Assembly: GCA_963678065.2 (NCBI GenBank)
Contig: CAXXVZ010000004.1
Coordinates: 128,001 to 192,000, forward strand
Length of the DNA stretch: 64,000 nt
Source: Treponemataceae bacterium
GTDB lineage: Bacteria; Spirochaetota; Spirochaetia; Treponematales; Rectinemataceae
Direction: 5' to 3'
Made by a program: the position numbers and the translations under genes. The notes below the pieces were generated by a model that did no database searches, was not told where the DNA came from, and saw only the letters and a list, made by a program, of their open reading frames with translations. Shown here one piece after another: positions 1-10,090 of this stretch; the first letter of the stretch is position 1, and each line of letters begins with the position of its first letter.

Positions 1-885
1 GGCGACGAAGATTCCGTCGGTGGCCTGCTTCATGGAGCCGTGGGGGGCGAAGGCCATCTTGAAGGTCGCTTTGGCGTCTTTCATGTTGGGGTCGGTCCAG
101 TTGCCCTGGTGCAGGAAGGCGGCCTTGCCGGTGGCAAAGGCTCCGACCTGAGCGTCGTAATTGCCCGTGGTCAGGACAGCCTTGTCGGCGTACTTGAAGA
201 GGAGTTCGACCCAGTCGGCATACTCGGCGAGACGCTTCTCGTCGACCTTTCCGGCGAGGAGGTTGTTGACGACAGAGAGGTCTCCGTACTTGAGACCGTT
301 GGATAAGAGGGAGTTGAAATTGTGGTGGGCGGTGACCCAGCCCATTTCCGGGCCGGCCGCCATGGAGACGACGGACTTGATGCCGAGCGCGGCTTTCATG
401 CCGTCGAGCTTCTCGAAGGCTTTCTTGTAGCCGTCGTAGTTGACGAGGGTCTTGGGATCGATGCCCGCCTTGGCGAGCATGTCGGCGTTGTACGCCATTC
501 CCCAGCCTTCCACCGCGACGGGGAATCCGTAGACCTTGTCGTTGAACTTGAAGGCGACGGAAGTCTTGGAAACCCATTTTTCTCCGGAAAGGTCGAGAAT
601 GATGTTCTGCCACTCCTTGTAGTCTTCGAGGCCGGCGATGATGAAGATGTCGGGCATGTCTCCCGCGGCGTAATCGGCCTTGAGCTGCTGGCCGAGATCG
701 GAACCTGAGGATCCGCCGACGGACTTGATCGTCGCGCCGATGCCTGAGGCCTTGGACCAGGTCGCGGCGTAGGCCTTGAGAGCCCCGTCGATCTCAGGCT
801 TGTTCTGCATGAGGGTGATTTTGCCCTGCGCGAAAGCGGAGGTGGCGAGAGCCACTACCATGAGAACCACAAACAGTCTTTTCAT
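1..885 (-). CDS. Carbohydrate ABC transporter substrate-binding protein (3' end outside window)
   Basis: Translated by hand from ATG 885: MKRLFVVLMVVALATSAFAQGKITLMQNKPE...DMPDIF...VYGFPVAVEGWGMAYN. Signal peptide and SBP_bac_1-type motifs; GGAGGAG RBS. Confidence 0.85.
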   Translation of the reverse strand, partial: MKRLFVVLMVVALATSAFAQGKITLMQNKPEIDGALKAYAATWSKASGIGATIKSVGGSSGSDLGQQLKADYAAGDMPDIFIIAGLEDYKEWQNIILDLSGEKWVSKTSVAFKFNDKVYGFPVAVEGWGMAYNADMLAKAGIDPKTLVNYDGYKKAFEKLDGMKAALGIKSVVSMAAGPEMGWVTAHHNFNSLLSNGLKYGDLSVVNNLLAGKVDEKRLAEYADWVELLFKYADKAVLTTGNYDAQVGAFATGKAAFLHQGNWTDPNMKDAKATFKMAFAPHGSMKQATDGIFVA

Positions 886-1011
886 GTTCTTTCTCCTCCC
901 CGAATGATGATTTTTGGAAAACCCCGTAAGTTTTCTCTCCGGCATGCCGCGGCCGCGCTCCGGCGAGGGATCATCCGACAGTCCTGTGCCGGTCAGACTC
1001 GCCGTTATCGC

Positions 1012-1083
1012 CTGAAAACCGTCTACTAAACCGGTAAACATGCCCTATCAAGTTAAATTAAATGCAGATCGGGAATCTGTCAA
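1012..1083 (-). promoter_or_regulatory. Sigma70 promoter with two downstream LacI-like operator candidates
   Basis: Minus strand TTGACA(1083-1078)-17 nt-TAATTT(1060-1055). Downstream are GTTTACCGGTTTAG and GTAGACGGTTTTCA, which resemble CG-centred LacI sites. Confidence 0.55.
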
Positions 1084-1254
1084 CTGCAAAAATGAGGATT
1101 TTCATATTGGTGGAAGTGCGTGTACGGACACGAGCAAAAAATGGCGGCGCTAGCCCGCCGGGGCCGCGGCGGCGAAGCCTGATTTCCGCGGACTTCGTAC
1201 TGCCCGCCTGAGCTCTGCCCTCCGGGATCTGTCCCGGATACCCTGGACGGCGAC

Positions 1255-2535
1255 TCAGATTTCGCGGGAGAGCAGGTCCGCGTAGGTTTCGCGCCTGACC
1301 GAAAGTCTGTCGACCCCGTCCAGCACCATCACGACTGCGGGGCGGGGAATGCGGTTGTAGTTGCTCGCCATCGAGTAGTTGTAGGCGCCCGTCGAAAAGA
1401 CCGCGAGGATGTCCCCCGATTCCGGCGGCGGTACGCAAAGATCGCGGATGAGGATATCGCCCGATTCGCAGCATTTTCCCGCGACGGTCACGACCGTGTC
1501 GGCCTGCAGACCGGCTTTGTTCGCGATGACTGCCCTATATTTTGCGTCATAGAGCATGGGGCGCGGATTGTCCGGCATTCCGCCGTCCACGCCGATGTAG
1601 GTCCGGATTCCGGGAATTTCTTTCACGGAACCGACTGTGTACAGGGTGATTCCCGCCTCTCCCACTATCCAGCGCCCCGGCTCGATGGTGACGACGGGCC
1701 TCGCCAGTCCCCAATCCAGGTAGCGACGCGAGATGAGTTCCATCATGGGGTCGACGAAATAGGAGAGCGGCTTCCGTTCGTCCGCCTCCGTGTACACGAC
1801 GCCGAACCCGCCGCCCAGATTGAGTTCGGCGACCTCGACCCCGAAATCGCCCCGGACCTTCTCCACGATGTCGAGAAGGATGCCGACGGCCTTCAGATGG
1901 GACTCGTTGTCGAGGAGCTGGGAACCGACGTGGAAATGGAATCCGGCGAAATCGAGGTTGCGCGCGGAGAGAATGGCTTCCATATACGTGCCGAAGACGG
2001 AGGGATCGAGGGGAATGCCGAACTTGGAATCGAGCTGGCCAGTCGATATGAACTTGTGGGTGTGGCTGTCGACGCCAGGGGTGATCCTGTACAGCACTCT
2101 GACCCGCCTGCCCTTTTCTCCGGCGATCCGGTCGAGTTCGCGGACTTCGTAGAGGCTGTCCGAGACGACGCGCCCGATCCCGGCCTCGACGGCCATCTCC
2201 ATCTCCGCCAGCGTCTTGTTGTTGCCGTGGAAAATGATGCGCGCGGCGTCGACGCCCGCTTTCAGCGCGCAATACAGCTCCCCTCCCGACACGGCGTCGA
2301 GTCCGAGACCTTCCGAGGCGACGATGCGGCACATGTCGAGAGTCTGGAAGGCCTTGCTCGCGAAAACGGCTTCGGTGCCGGGATAGCGTTCGAGGAAGTC
2401 CCGGCGGATCTCTCTCAGGCGGTCACGGATCTGCCCCTCGGACATGACATAGAGGGGGGTACCGTAGCGGCGGGCGAGTCCGGCGAGGTCGCATCCGTCA
2501 AAGAGTAGTGTGCCGTCACGAAGGGAATCTTCCAT
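1255..2535 (-). CDS. lysA: Diaminopimelate decarboxylase
   Basis: YGTPLYV, FASKAF (PLP Lys), HFHVGSQ, NLGGGFG, EPGR, AGKCCESGD, TGAYNYSMASNYN. Start MEDSL after AAGGAAGG. Confidence 0.93.
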   Translation of the reverse strand: MEDSLRDGTLLFDGCDLAGLARRYGTPLYVMSEGQIRDRLREIRRDFLERYPGTEAVFASKAFQTLDMCRIVASEGLGLDAVSGGELYCALKAGVDAARIIFHGNNKTLAEMEMAVEAGIGRVVSDSLYEVRELDRIAGEKGRRVRVLYRITPGVDSHTHKFISTGQLDSKFGIPLDPSVFGTYMEAILSARNLDFAGFHFHVGSQLLDNESHLKAVGILLDIVEKVRGDFGVEVAELNLGGGFGVVYTEADERKPLSYFVDPMMELISRRYLDWGLARPVVTIEPGRWIVGEAGITLYTVGSVKEIPGIRTYIGVDGGMPDNPRPMLYDAKYRAVIANKAGLQADTVVTVAGKCCESGDILIRDLCVPPPESGDILAVFSTGAYNYSMASNYNRIPRPAVVMVLDGVDRLSVRRETYADLLSREI

Positions 2536-2705
2536 ACTGACCGAACCTTCCTTAACCAAGATTTCACCGCATCGTAGCATACAGGATCAAAGTCCGCAAA
2601 GCGCTTTTTGGTCGGCGGATGACTTTCCATGCCGGTGGTTTCCGGTTTACCATCGAACTAGAGACGCGGACCCGCAACGGGAAAAACCAAACGAGGAGAA
2701 CCGGC

Positions 2706-3467
2706 ATGAAGCCTTCGATCGGACTGACAACCTTCAACGACTCGAAACCGAGGGCGAGCTACACTTCGGTCAGCAACCACTATGTCCGATCGATAGACGC
2801 GGCGGGCGGCCTGCCCTTCCCCATCCCCACAAGCACAGACCCGGAAACGATCCGCGATTACCTCGATCGGGTGGACGGACTCCTGTTCACGGGCGGCGTC
2901 GATGTCGCCCCCTGGCGTTTCGGCGAGGAGCCGATCCGCCAGCTCGGCAAGATCGGTTTCGACAGGGACGAGTGCGAGATCCGCCTCCTCGAGGGCGCTC
3001 TCGCGCGCGGGATGCCTGTCTTTGGCATCTGCAGGGGACACCAGCTCATCAACATCGCCCTGGGCGGTTCGGTATTCCAGGACATCCATGCCCAGAGGCC
3101 GGACTCAGGCGGCCACTACCCTGAAGACTTTCCGGTGGACGAACTCTACCACCACATCACGGTGGAGGATCCCGGCAGCATCCTCGCGAAAGTCTTCGGA
3201 ACGGGACGGCGACTTGTCAATTCCTTCCACCACCAGGCGCTGGACAGGGTGGCACAGACGCTCAAGGTCACCGCAATCTCGGATGATGGCCTGGCGGAAG
3301 CCTGCGAGCTGGCAAGCTCAGCCTCATCGGCAGTATCCGGCGCAAAACTACAATACCTCCACACGGTGCAATTCCATCCGGAAAGCCTCACAATTCGCTA
3401 TCCCGAGTTTCTGGGACTCTTCGTCGATTTCGTCGCAGCCTCCGCAGCATACGGCAGAAAACCCTGA
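2706..3467 (+). CDS. Peptidase C26 / gamma-glutamyl-gamma-aminobutyrate hydrolase family (PuuD-like)
   Basis: DGLLFTGGVDV, FGICRGHQ (catalytic Cys), VNSFHHQ, VQFHPE. GAGGAG RBS. Confidence 0.88.
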   Translation: MKPSIGLTTFNDSKPRASYTSVSNHYVRSIDAAGGLPFPIPTSTDPETIRDYLDRVDGLLFTGGVDVAPWRFGEEPIRQLGKIGFDRDECEIRLLEGALARGMPVFGICRGHQLINIALGGSVFQDIHAQRPDSGGHYPEDFPVDELYHHITVEDPGSILAKVFGTGRRLVNSFHHQALDRVAQTLKVTAISDDGLAEACELASSASSAVSGAKLQYLHTVQFHPESLTIRYPEFLGLFVDFVAASAAYGRKP

Positions 3468-3555
3468 ATATCCCTCGCGTCCACCGGGGTGCTCCCGGTC
3501 TCGATGGGTTTCGGTCACTTATTCGATGTTTTTTTAAAATTCGCATCCGATGCTC

Positions 3556-3592
3556 TTGACAGTTCAAAAAACATGCATTAACAATATGTTAA
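3556..3592 (+). promoter_or_regulatory. Promoter with palindromic operator candidate over the -10 region
   Basis: TTGACA at 3556-3561. TTAACA-ATA-TGTTAA inverted repeat at 3578-3592. Confidence 0.5.
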
Positions 3593-3658
3593 AGTGGCGT
3601 ATCTAATTACGCTAGTACAAAAAGTGCTGCAAACCGAAAGGGATGCAGGGAGGACAAA

Positions 3659-5794
3659 ATGTTTCAAATCTCTTCAGTCACCAGAAAGGTAAAGAATCCC
3701 AGGTCTCTCGGAATCGCTGTTATCGCGATGAGTGCAATCATTATTCTCGCCGGGTGTCATTTTGATTTCGGTGGCAGCAAAACCTATGCTTCCTTCAGCG
3801 ATCTCACCATTCCCGCAGGATTCGAATTCGCCACTGCCCGCGCAGTGACCTTCAATCTCACTGTCACGTACAATGGAGACTCCGGACTGAAGAATTATGA
3901 TGGAACGGTATCCATCGTGACTCAGGACGAGACGGGAGACTCCATCCTCGGATCGGGGCTCATCGTCAACGGCACAGGAAGCTTCTCAGTCGCCATTCCC
4001 ACCTCCGTCACCCATGTGGTCATCAGACCTGACAAACTGATCCTGGTCGGAGCTGAGGCCGATCTCGAGCCCGGCACAACTTCCATAACGAAGGTGCTCG
4101 CGCCTTCCTCCGACAAGGCAGTGGTCACTTCTGCCAAAGACCTTTTCTCTTCATCCGCTGCCCGCGCGGCCATCAGTTTCGGAACGACCAAAACAGGCTT
4201 CCGGACTCTTGCCACCTCTTTCGATTCTAACGGCGTTCCGACCGGCACTGGCGGGCTGGAATCCGCGAGGGTTGCGTACAAGGAATCCTTCCTCACCGAT
4301 ATTGGCTTGAGTTTCCCCGAATACCAGAGAGTTCCGACCGCCAGGCCCGATTACATCAAGAATGGCGTTCTCTCCAGCGTGGTCATCAAAGAGGATGCGG
4401 AAGTCGCGGTCACCTTCCTTTCGGAAGGCGCAGGATACAAGAATTCCCTCGGCTACTTCGTCCGCAAGACCGGCGAAGCGCTCACCAAGCCCTCCACCTC
4501 CGAGATCGTCATCATTTTTCCCAACTCCTCCGCGGCTTACTCGGGCGGCGGGCTCAATGGCGGCGACACGATCAAACTCCGCAATCCGATCGTAAGTGAC
4601 ACCACTAATTACGCGACAACGAAGTTCACGGCCGGCTATACGATCCATTGGGTTCTCGTTTCTGACGGCTACCGCTCCGGCACTGTCTCCTCCGACGCGA
4701 CTCGTTACTACTCAGTTCCCGAACTGAATCCCGAGTACTCGGGAACCGCCAGCAGCTCCGCCCATTCCGCCCTTCTCTTCTACACGGAAAGCCCCTATAG
4801 CGATTACAATTCTTCCACGGAGACGACGGAGGACGACGCCAAGCTCGTCCTCGGTTTCGAAGATATGGGTCGCAAGACCGGAGACGAGGACTTCAACGAC
4901 TGCCTCTTTGTGGTCACGGCCACACCCTTCAAGAACATCGATACTGAAAACCTCCCCAAGCCCAAGAAGGATGATCCAGACACCGAAATCACCGAGTCAT
5001 TCCCCGCCAAAGTCAACGGAACCATGGTCTACGAAGATCTCTGGCCGAGCAAGGGAGACTACGACTTCAACGACATGGCGGTAGAGTTCCGCATGCAGAC
5101 AATCCGCACCGGCAAAGGCTATGCCAACAAGTACAAGGGCGATTTCGTCCTCACCGCGGCGGGCGCCAATCTCAAGTCCGGACTCGGCTTCGTCCTGCCC
5201 GTCAAGCCCGAATACATCGAGAGCGTGAAATACACCGCCGGACAGGCCTACAACGGCACGGTCTTCGTGCTCAACAGCAGAAACTTCGAGTCCCACGGCA
5301 GCAGCTACAGCGTCATTCCCGTGATCGGCTCCGCGGTAGGTCTTTTTGGTTCGAACATCGTCAACACCAAGATGGATCAGCCGACCCTGTCGTCCATCAA
5401 GATCAACATCGAGGTCACTTTCACGAAGAACGCGGTTCTCGCGTCGGACATCACGGGCAAAACTCCGGATATCTTCCTCGTCTCGAGCGAGGACCGCACG
5501 AAGGAAATCCACGTGATCGGGAAGACCCCGACGAGCAAAGCCAGCGGCCGGTTTGATACGATGGACGACGCCTCCGTGCTTCCCGGCGGCCCCTACTACA
5601 AAGACAAGAGCGGAGCCCCTTGGGCGCTCATGATTCCCGCGCCTTTCAGCCACACCGTCGAACAGACCGAGCTCCCCGCCGGATATCTGCACTTCGGTGA
5701 CTGGGTCGTGAGCGGTGGACTCAAGTACACCGACTGGTACGACAGCAGTCTGAGCGGATACACGGACGCTTCCAAGCTCTACGTGGCGCACTGA
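3659..5794 (+). CDS. LruC-domain (DUF4842, with DUF4114-like region) lipoprotein, copy 1
   Basis: Lipobox IILAGC; EGAGYKNSLGYF; LGFED...DEDFND; YEDLWPSKGDYDFND; EIH; PWAL; DWY. Confidence 0.85.
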   Translation: MFQISSVTRKVKNPRSLGIAVIAMSAIIILAGCHFDFGGSKTYASFSDLTIPAGFEFATARAVTFNLTVTYNGDSGLKNYDGTVSIVTQDETGDSILGSGLIVNGTGSFSVAIPTSVTHVVIRPDKLILVGAEADLEPGTTSITKVLAPSSDKAVVTSAKDLFSSSAARAAISFGTTKTGFRTLATSFDSNGVPTGTGGLESARVAYKESFLTDIGLSFPEYQRVPTARPDYIKNGVLSSVVIKEDAEVAVTFLSEGAGYKNSLGYFVRKTGEALTKPSTSEIVIIFPNSSAAYSGGGLNGGDTIKLRNPIVSDTTNYATTKFTAGYTIHWVLVSDGYRSGTVSSDATRYYSVPELNPEYSGTASSSAHSALLFYTESPYSDYNSSTETTEDDAKLVLGFEDMGRKTGDEDFNDCLFVVTATPFKNIDTENLPKPKKDDPDTEITESFPAKVNGTMVYEDLWPSKGDYDFNDMAVEFRMQTIRTGKGYANKYKGDFVLTAAGANLKSGLGFVLPVKPEYIESVKYTAGQAYNGTVFVLNSRNFESHGSSYSVIPVIGSAVGLFGSNIVNTKMDQPTLSSIKINIEVTFTKNAVLASDITGKTPDIFLVSSEDRTKEIHVIGKTPTSKASGRFDTMDDASVLPGGPYYKDKSGAPWALMIPAPFSHTVEQTELPAGYLHFGDWVVSGGLKYTDWYDSSLSGYTDASKLYVAH

Positions 5795-5815
5795 CCCTTG
5801 CCGATCCGAAAGCAG

Positions 5816-5844
5816 AGGACCGCCCTCCCGGGCGGTCCTTTTTT
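5816..5844 (+). terminator. Rho-independent terminator
   Basis: AGGACCGCCC-TCCC-GGGCGGTCCT followed by a T-tract. Confidence 0.85.
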
Positions 5845-5976
5845 GGACCCGCGCGGAAGGCATCGTGGAGCTTCCCTTCATTGGTATTCAGACCATACAT
5901 CGCGTATACTCTTAGAAGAGAGGCTTCGCCGCAGCATCTCTTGTTCACTCGAAGGCGACGGACACTGGAGGCTCCT

Positions 5977-8238
5977 ATGAAGTTCGGATCGACTCATAGT
6001 GGCAAAAAAGCTGCTACAGCGGGAAACGCGGGCAAGAGCATACTGTTCGCCCTCCTTTTTCTTCCCATCATCGTCTTGGGGGGTTGCCATTTTCAGCTCG
6101 GAGGCGACCGCAGCTACCAGCCTCTGGATGAGGTGACCATCCCGACGGGTTTCACCTTCGCCATGAACCGCGTGGTGGAGTTCAAACTCACCGTCATGGC
6201 CCTGGACGACACCGACACCCTTGTTCCCTATGTCGGCCCCGTGCATGTCGTCAATCCGGCTGAAACGGGAGACGAGAACCTCGGGACCGGCTGGACCGAT
6301 GCCGCGGGTCTGGCCGACTTCACCGTCACCATACCTTCGTCAATCTCGACGATAACCCTCAGACCCGAGCAGACATCTTTGGACGGACTTTGTCTCCTTT
6401 CGGACTTCGACCAGACCCTCGAAGCCGGCACCACCTCAGTCGTGAGGACACTCGCGCCTTTCGTCGGTTCCGGCACTTCCTCAGCCTCATCATCGGCCGC
6501 GCGGGGCGCGGCTTCCAGTTCCAGGGCATCCACCCCTGTAGCCTTCGTGGATTCAGGAACCGGCTACCTGATGCTTTCGACCTACGACACGACAACCGGC
6601 GTTCCTTCCGGCCTCGAGACCCCGCGACCGTATTTCTCCTTCAAGCAATCCTTCAAGAAGAATGTCAGCTTCACCTTTCCCGAGGGCAAAAAAGTTCCTG
6701 ACAGCTACATCAACACGGGAGACCTGACAAACATCATTCTCGACGCTGCAGCAAAGATATCGGTCACGATGGCGAGCGAGAGTTCGGCCACGAAGGACGC
6801 CGTAGGCTATTTCGTCCGCAAGAAGACGACCATCCCCAGCTCTGCCTCTGAGATCGCAGCATCCGATATCGTGATCATGTTCCCCAACGCTTCGCTCTAC
6901 GGCTCGGGCGGCGGGCTCTACCAGGGAGATACGATACAGCTCAGAAACCCCGACCCGACCTCCGCCAATTACCGGACGACCACCTTCGACAAGGATATGG
7001 TTGTTTCCTGGGTTCTCATTCCCGCGTCTTTTGTCGGGGGGAAAATCACGACTCCCGGCAGGCGCTACTATTCCATTCCAGCCCTCAATCCCGAGAGCGG
7101 CACGAGCCTCCAGAGGGCGCACGTGGCGCAGCTCCTGTACAACAAGCCGCCCTACAACAAGGATAAATCGTTTTTCCTGCTCGGTTTCGAAGACTCGCTG
7201 CGCAGCACGACCGAGGACGGAGACTACAACGACGACTTCAACGACCTGATGCTCACGGTCGATGTCTCGCCTGTATCCGCCGTCAATTCGTCGGGGCTGC
7301 CTGAGGTGAAGGACGAAACACAGGTCGGCGACGCCGATGGGGATGGCGTGATCGACGCCTTCGACGAGTACCCTTCCGATCCGGCGCGCAGCTCTAGCGT
7401 CTCATATCCATCCAGAACCGGCTACGCCACGGCCATATACGAGGATCGGTGGCCGGGACTGGGCGATTACGACTTCAACGATCTCGCCGTCGATTTCCGC
7501 TTCACCACAGTCAGCAATGCCGCAGGAAAGATTGTCGACCTCATCGGCAATTTCAAAATCCGCGCGGCGGGAGGAGAACTCAAGTCCGGCCTGGCCTTCA
7601 CCCTTCCCGTCGCCTCGTCGTCCATCACGTCGGTCAGCTACTCCACAAAGCAGATCGATACGGCCCTTTTCAAACCCGGAACCAACGGAGTGGAAACGAC
7701 GGGAAGCAAGTCGGTGGTGCCCGTGTTCTCCAACGCCCATCTTCTCTTCGGCGTCACGGGAATCGAGTTCGTCAACACCGATCCCTCCATCGCCGTCAGG
7801 GCCCCTGTATATCTCACCCTCACGACTTCCTTCAGCCAGACTTCGCCTGTTTCATCTTCCGTCATCGCGGGCTCCATACCGGACCTCTTCCTCATCGGCT
7901 TCCTCGATCTCCATGGCAGAACCGGAATGAGAAAGGAAATCCACACCCTCGACAACATCCCGACAACCCTCGCGGATTCCTATCCCTTCGGTCAGCTCGA
8001 CGACCGATCCCCTACCCCTCCGGCTTCCGGTATCTACTACAAGGACAAACGGGGAGCCCCCTGGGCCCTCCTCCTTCCGTCGTCGATACAATACACTGTG
8101 GAGAAGACACAGCTGGCCACAGCGTACAAGTACTTCTCGCAGTGGGTCTATTCCGGCGGCGTGGATTATCCGGACTGGTACAATTACAGTAAAGCCGGAT
8201 ACGCCGATTCATCGAAGCTCTACCTGATCGAAAAGTGA
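5977..8238 (+). CDS. LruC-domain lipoprotein, copy 2, with a TSP3-like Ca-binding repeat
   Basis: GGAGG RBS; lipobox IVLGGC; GDADGDGVIDAFDEYPSDP; YEDRWPGLGDYDFND; PWAL; DWY. Confidence 0.85.
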   Translation: MKFGSTHSGKKAATAGNAGKSILFALLFLPIIVLGGCHFQLGGDRSYQPLDEVTIPTGFTFAMNRVVEFKLTVMALDDTDTLVPYVGPVHVVNPAETGDENLGTGWTDAAGLADFTVTIPSSISTITLRPEQTSLDGLCLLSDFDQTLEAGTTSVVRTLAPFVGSGTSSASSSAARGAASSSRASTPVAFVDSGTGYLMLSTYDTTTGVPSGLETPRPYFSFKQSFKKNVSFTFPEGKKVPDSYINTGDLTNIILDAAAKISVTMASESSATKDAVGYFVRKKTTIPSSASEIAASDIVIMFPNASLYGSGGGLYQGDTIQLRNPDPTSANYRTTTFDKDMVVSWVLIPASFVGGKITTPGRRYYSIPALNPESGTSLQRAHVAQLLYNKPPYNKDKSFFLLGFEDSLRSTTEDGDYNDDFNDLMLTVDVSPVSAVNSSGLPEVKDETQVGDADGDGVIDAFDEYPSDPARSSSVSYPSRTGYATAIYEDRWPGLGDYDFNDLAVDFRFTTVSNAAGKIVDLIGNFKIRAAGGELKSGLAFTLPVASSSITSVSYSTKQIDTALFKPGTNGVETTGSKSVVPVFSNAHLLFGVTGIEFVNTDPSIAVRAPVYLTLTTSFSQTSPVSSSVIAGSIPDLFLIGFLDLHGRTGMRKEIHTLDNIPTTLADSYPFGQLDDRSPTPPASGIYYKDKRGAPWALLLPSSIQYTVEKTQLATAYKYFSQWVYSGGVDYPDWYNYSKAGYADSSKLYLIEK

Positions 8239-8251
8239 GGGAAGAGGGCTC

Positions 8252-9199
8252 TCAGCAGGCCGCCGGTTCGAGATACTCCAGAAGCAGGGCTTCGGCGTCC
8301 ATGCCGACCCGCAGCCCGAGGGGAAGGGTCAGCTTGGGAGTGCAGTGCCCCACGGCGAGGTTGGCCAGGACGGGCTTGTCCCCGGGGAGGATGTCGCGGA
8401 AGACCTCGGCGAGTTCCAGCGATTTCTTGCCGGGGGCGGAGGCGCAATTGTTCCAGTCCCCGAGGACGACGCCGCGGCATTCCCGGAAAACACCGGCCAG
8501 CCTCAGCTGGGTGAGCATCCTGTCGACGCGGTAGGGCGCCTCGTCGATATCCTCGAGGAAGAGGATGCTCTCACGCGCGTCGATCTGCCAGGGCGTGCCG
8601 ATAGTGGCCGCGACGAGTGAGAGGTTGCCGCCCGTGAGCCGGCCTTCGGCGCGGCCCGGCACGAGGCATTTGAGCTCTCTTCCGGGGGGATTGTCGATCC
8701 TGCCGAGAGCTTCGGTGGACCCGAGCGCCGCAAGAAGGCTACTGGCCGAAAATTCGTCGAAATCGGGGATCATGTCCGAGGAGGGCATGGGGCCGTGGAA
8801 GCTCACGAGAGAAGAGAGGCGGTTGATCCCAAGGTGTATCGCCGTGATGTCGCTGTAGCCGACAAAGGCTTTCGGATTGCGGGCGATCATGTCCCAGTCG
8901 ATCATGTCGAGAATGCGGGGCGTGCCGTATCCACCCTTGAGGCAGATGATGCCGTCGATCCCGGGGTCGGCGAAGAGGGCGTTGAGGTCGTTCGCGCGGG
9001 TCTTGTCGGAGCCCGCGAGGTAACCGTAGGAATCCGCGCAGCCGGGAGCCACGACGACCTCGAAGCCGAGGGCCCGCAGTTTTTCGACAGCCAGACCCAC
9101 GCGGGCGGGTTCGGATACGGAGCCTGATGGAGCGCAGAGCCCGAGGGTGGCGCCCGGACGCAGGGCGGCAGGCTTTTTCAAGACAGGTTTGGCGTTCAC
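8252..9199 (-). CDS. ldcA: LD-carboxypeptidase (peptidase S66, LdcA/MccF family)
   Basis: APSG, KGGYG, GYSDIT (Ser), GGNLSL, LFLEDIDE (Glu), GH, TLPLG. Confidence 0.9.
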   Translation of the reverse strand: MNAKPVLKKPAALRPGATLGLCAPSGSVSEPARVGLAVEKLRALGFEVVVAPGCADSYGYLAGSDKTRANDLNALFADPGIDGIICLKGGYGTPRILDMIDWDMIARNPKAFVGYSDITAIHLGINRLSSLVSFHGPMPSSDMIPDFDEFSASSLLAALGSTEALGRIDNPPGRELKCLVPGRAEGRLTGGNLSLVAATIGTPWQIDARESILFLEDIDEAPYRVDRMLTQLRLAGVFRECRGVVLGDWNNCASAPGKKSLELAEVFRDILPGDKPVLANLAVGHCTPKLTLPLGLRVGMDAEALLLEYLEPAAC

Positions 9200-9224
9200 G
9201 GTTTCTCCTTGTCCATGGATTCAA

Positions 9225-10082
9225 TCAGTATGTGAACAGCATGAACACGAGGACATCGTTCCAGTTTCCGGAGCTGAACTCCACCTCGTGCGGGCCGAGA
9301 GCGCGGGCGCCAGGGAAAAAGGATGCCTTGTAGGCTTGCCAGTGTTCCTTGAAGCGCGTCCTGAGAATGAAGCGTGGCGGGAGCTCGAAAAGGCTGGCAG
9401 GACCGGAGGAACCGGCATCGGCGGAGCTGACATCGCCAGGCGAGTTGGTGGAAGCACGCGCGTTGGCAAAGATGGCTTCGGCGACGGTCTTCCGGATGCG
9501 CTCCCGCGCGAGGCGGGGATGGATGGAGACAGAAGCACCGCCCGATCCCTCGCTGACGGCCACTGTCCTTATGCCGCATCCGAGAGCTTCGGCGCCCGCG
9601 CAGAGCATGGCATCCCCCGAGAGGAAGAGGACAGGCACACCGAGAGAGGCCGCGGTGTAGGTGTTGATGAGGAACTCGCTTGCGTCGACCCCGTTGATCG
9701 TGGAGGTAATAATCTGTCCGCTCATGGTGTGGGAGAGGGGGTTGCCGTCGGTGTTGGCGCCCGAGTGGTAGCCGATGAAGAGCACACCGTCGAAGCTCGA
9801 ATCGAGTCCCGCCATCATGACCTTGGGATCGCGGGTCCAGCCCCGCATGATCCGCACATTTTCCGGAAGAAGGGAGGGATCGATGCTCCGGGCCGAGCCG
9901 TGGGCGTCCTTGATGAGTATTTCCCGCACGCCGGCGGAGTTCGCTCCCTCGCAGGCGGCCGCGACCTCCTCGGACATCTCCCTGCGGAAGTAGGCTCCCT
10001 GGGGCTCTGCGAGGTCGGTTTCCTTCCAGTCGTCGATGCCGCAGACTCCTTCGATATCGGCGCTTATGTAGAGTTTTTTCAT
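9225..10082 (-). CDS. D-aminopeptidase (peptidase M55, DppA family)
   Basis: YISADIEG, DAHG, FIGYHS, LSHT, LSGD. ATG 10082 after GAGGAG. Confidence 0.9.
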   Translation of the reverse strand: MKKLYISADIEGVCGIDDWKETDLAEPQGAYFRREMSEEVAAACEGANSAGVREILIKDAHGSARSIDPSLLPENVRIMRGWTRDPKVMMAGLDSSFDGVLFIGYHSGANTDGNPLSHTMSGQIITSTINGVDASEFLINTYTAASLGVPVLFLSGDAMLCAGAEALGCGIRTVAVSEGSGGASVSIHPRLARERIRKTVAEAIFANARASTNSPGDVSSADAGSSGPASLFELPPRFILRTRFKEHWQAYKASFFPGARALGPHEVEFSSGNWNDVLVFMLFTY

Positions 10083-10090
10083 GGTTCTCC

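Noticed and set aside
2536..2705. Lysine riboswitch upstream of lysA, or T-box upstream of valS
   Set aside because: No consensus elements are visible, and the leaders are too short or occupied by promoters or the adjacent gene.
3620..3658. Complete c-di-GMP-I riboswitch
   Set aside because: Only a shortened P2-like hairpin is present, with no P1/P3. It is kept only as a tentative finding.
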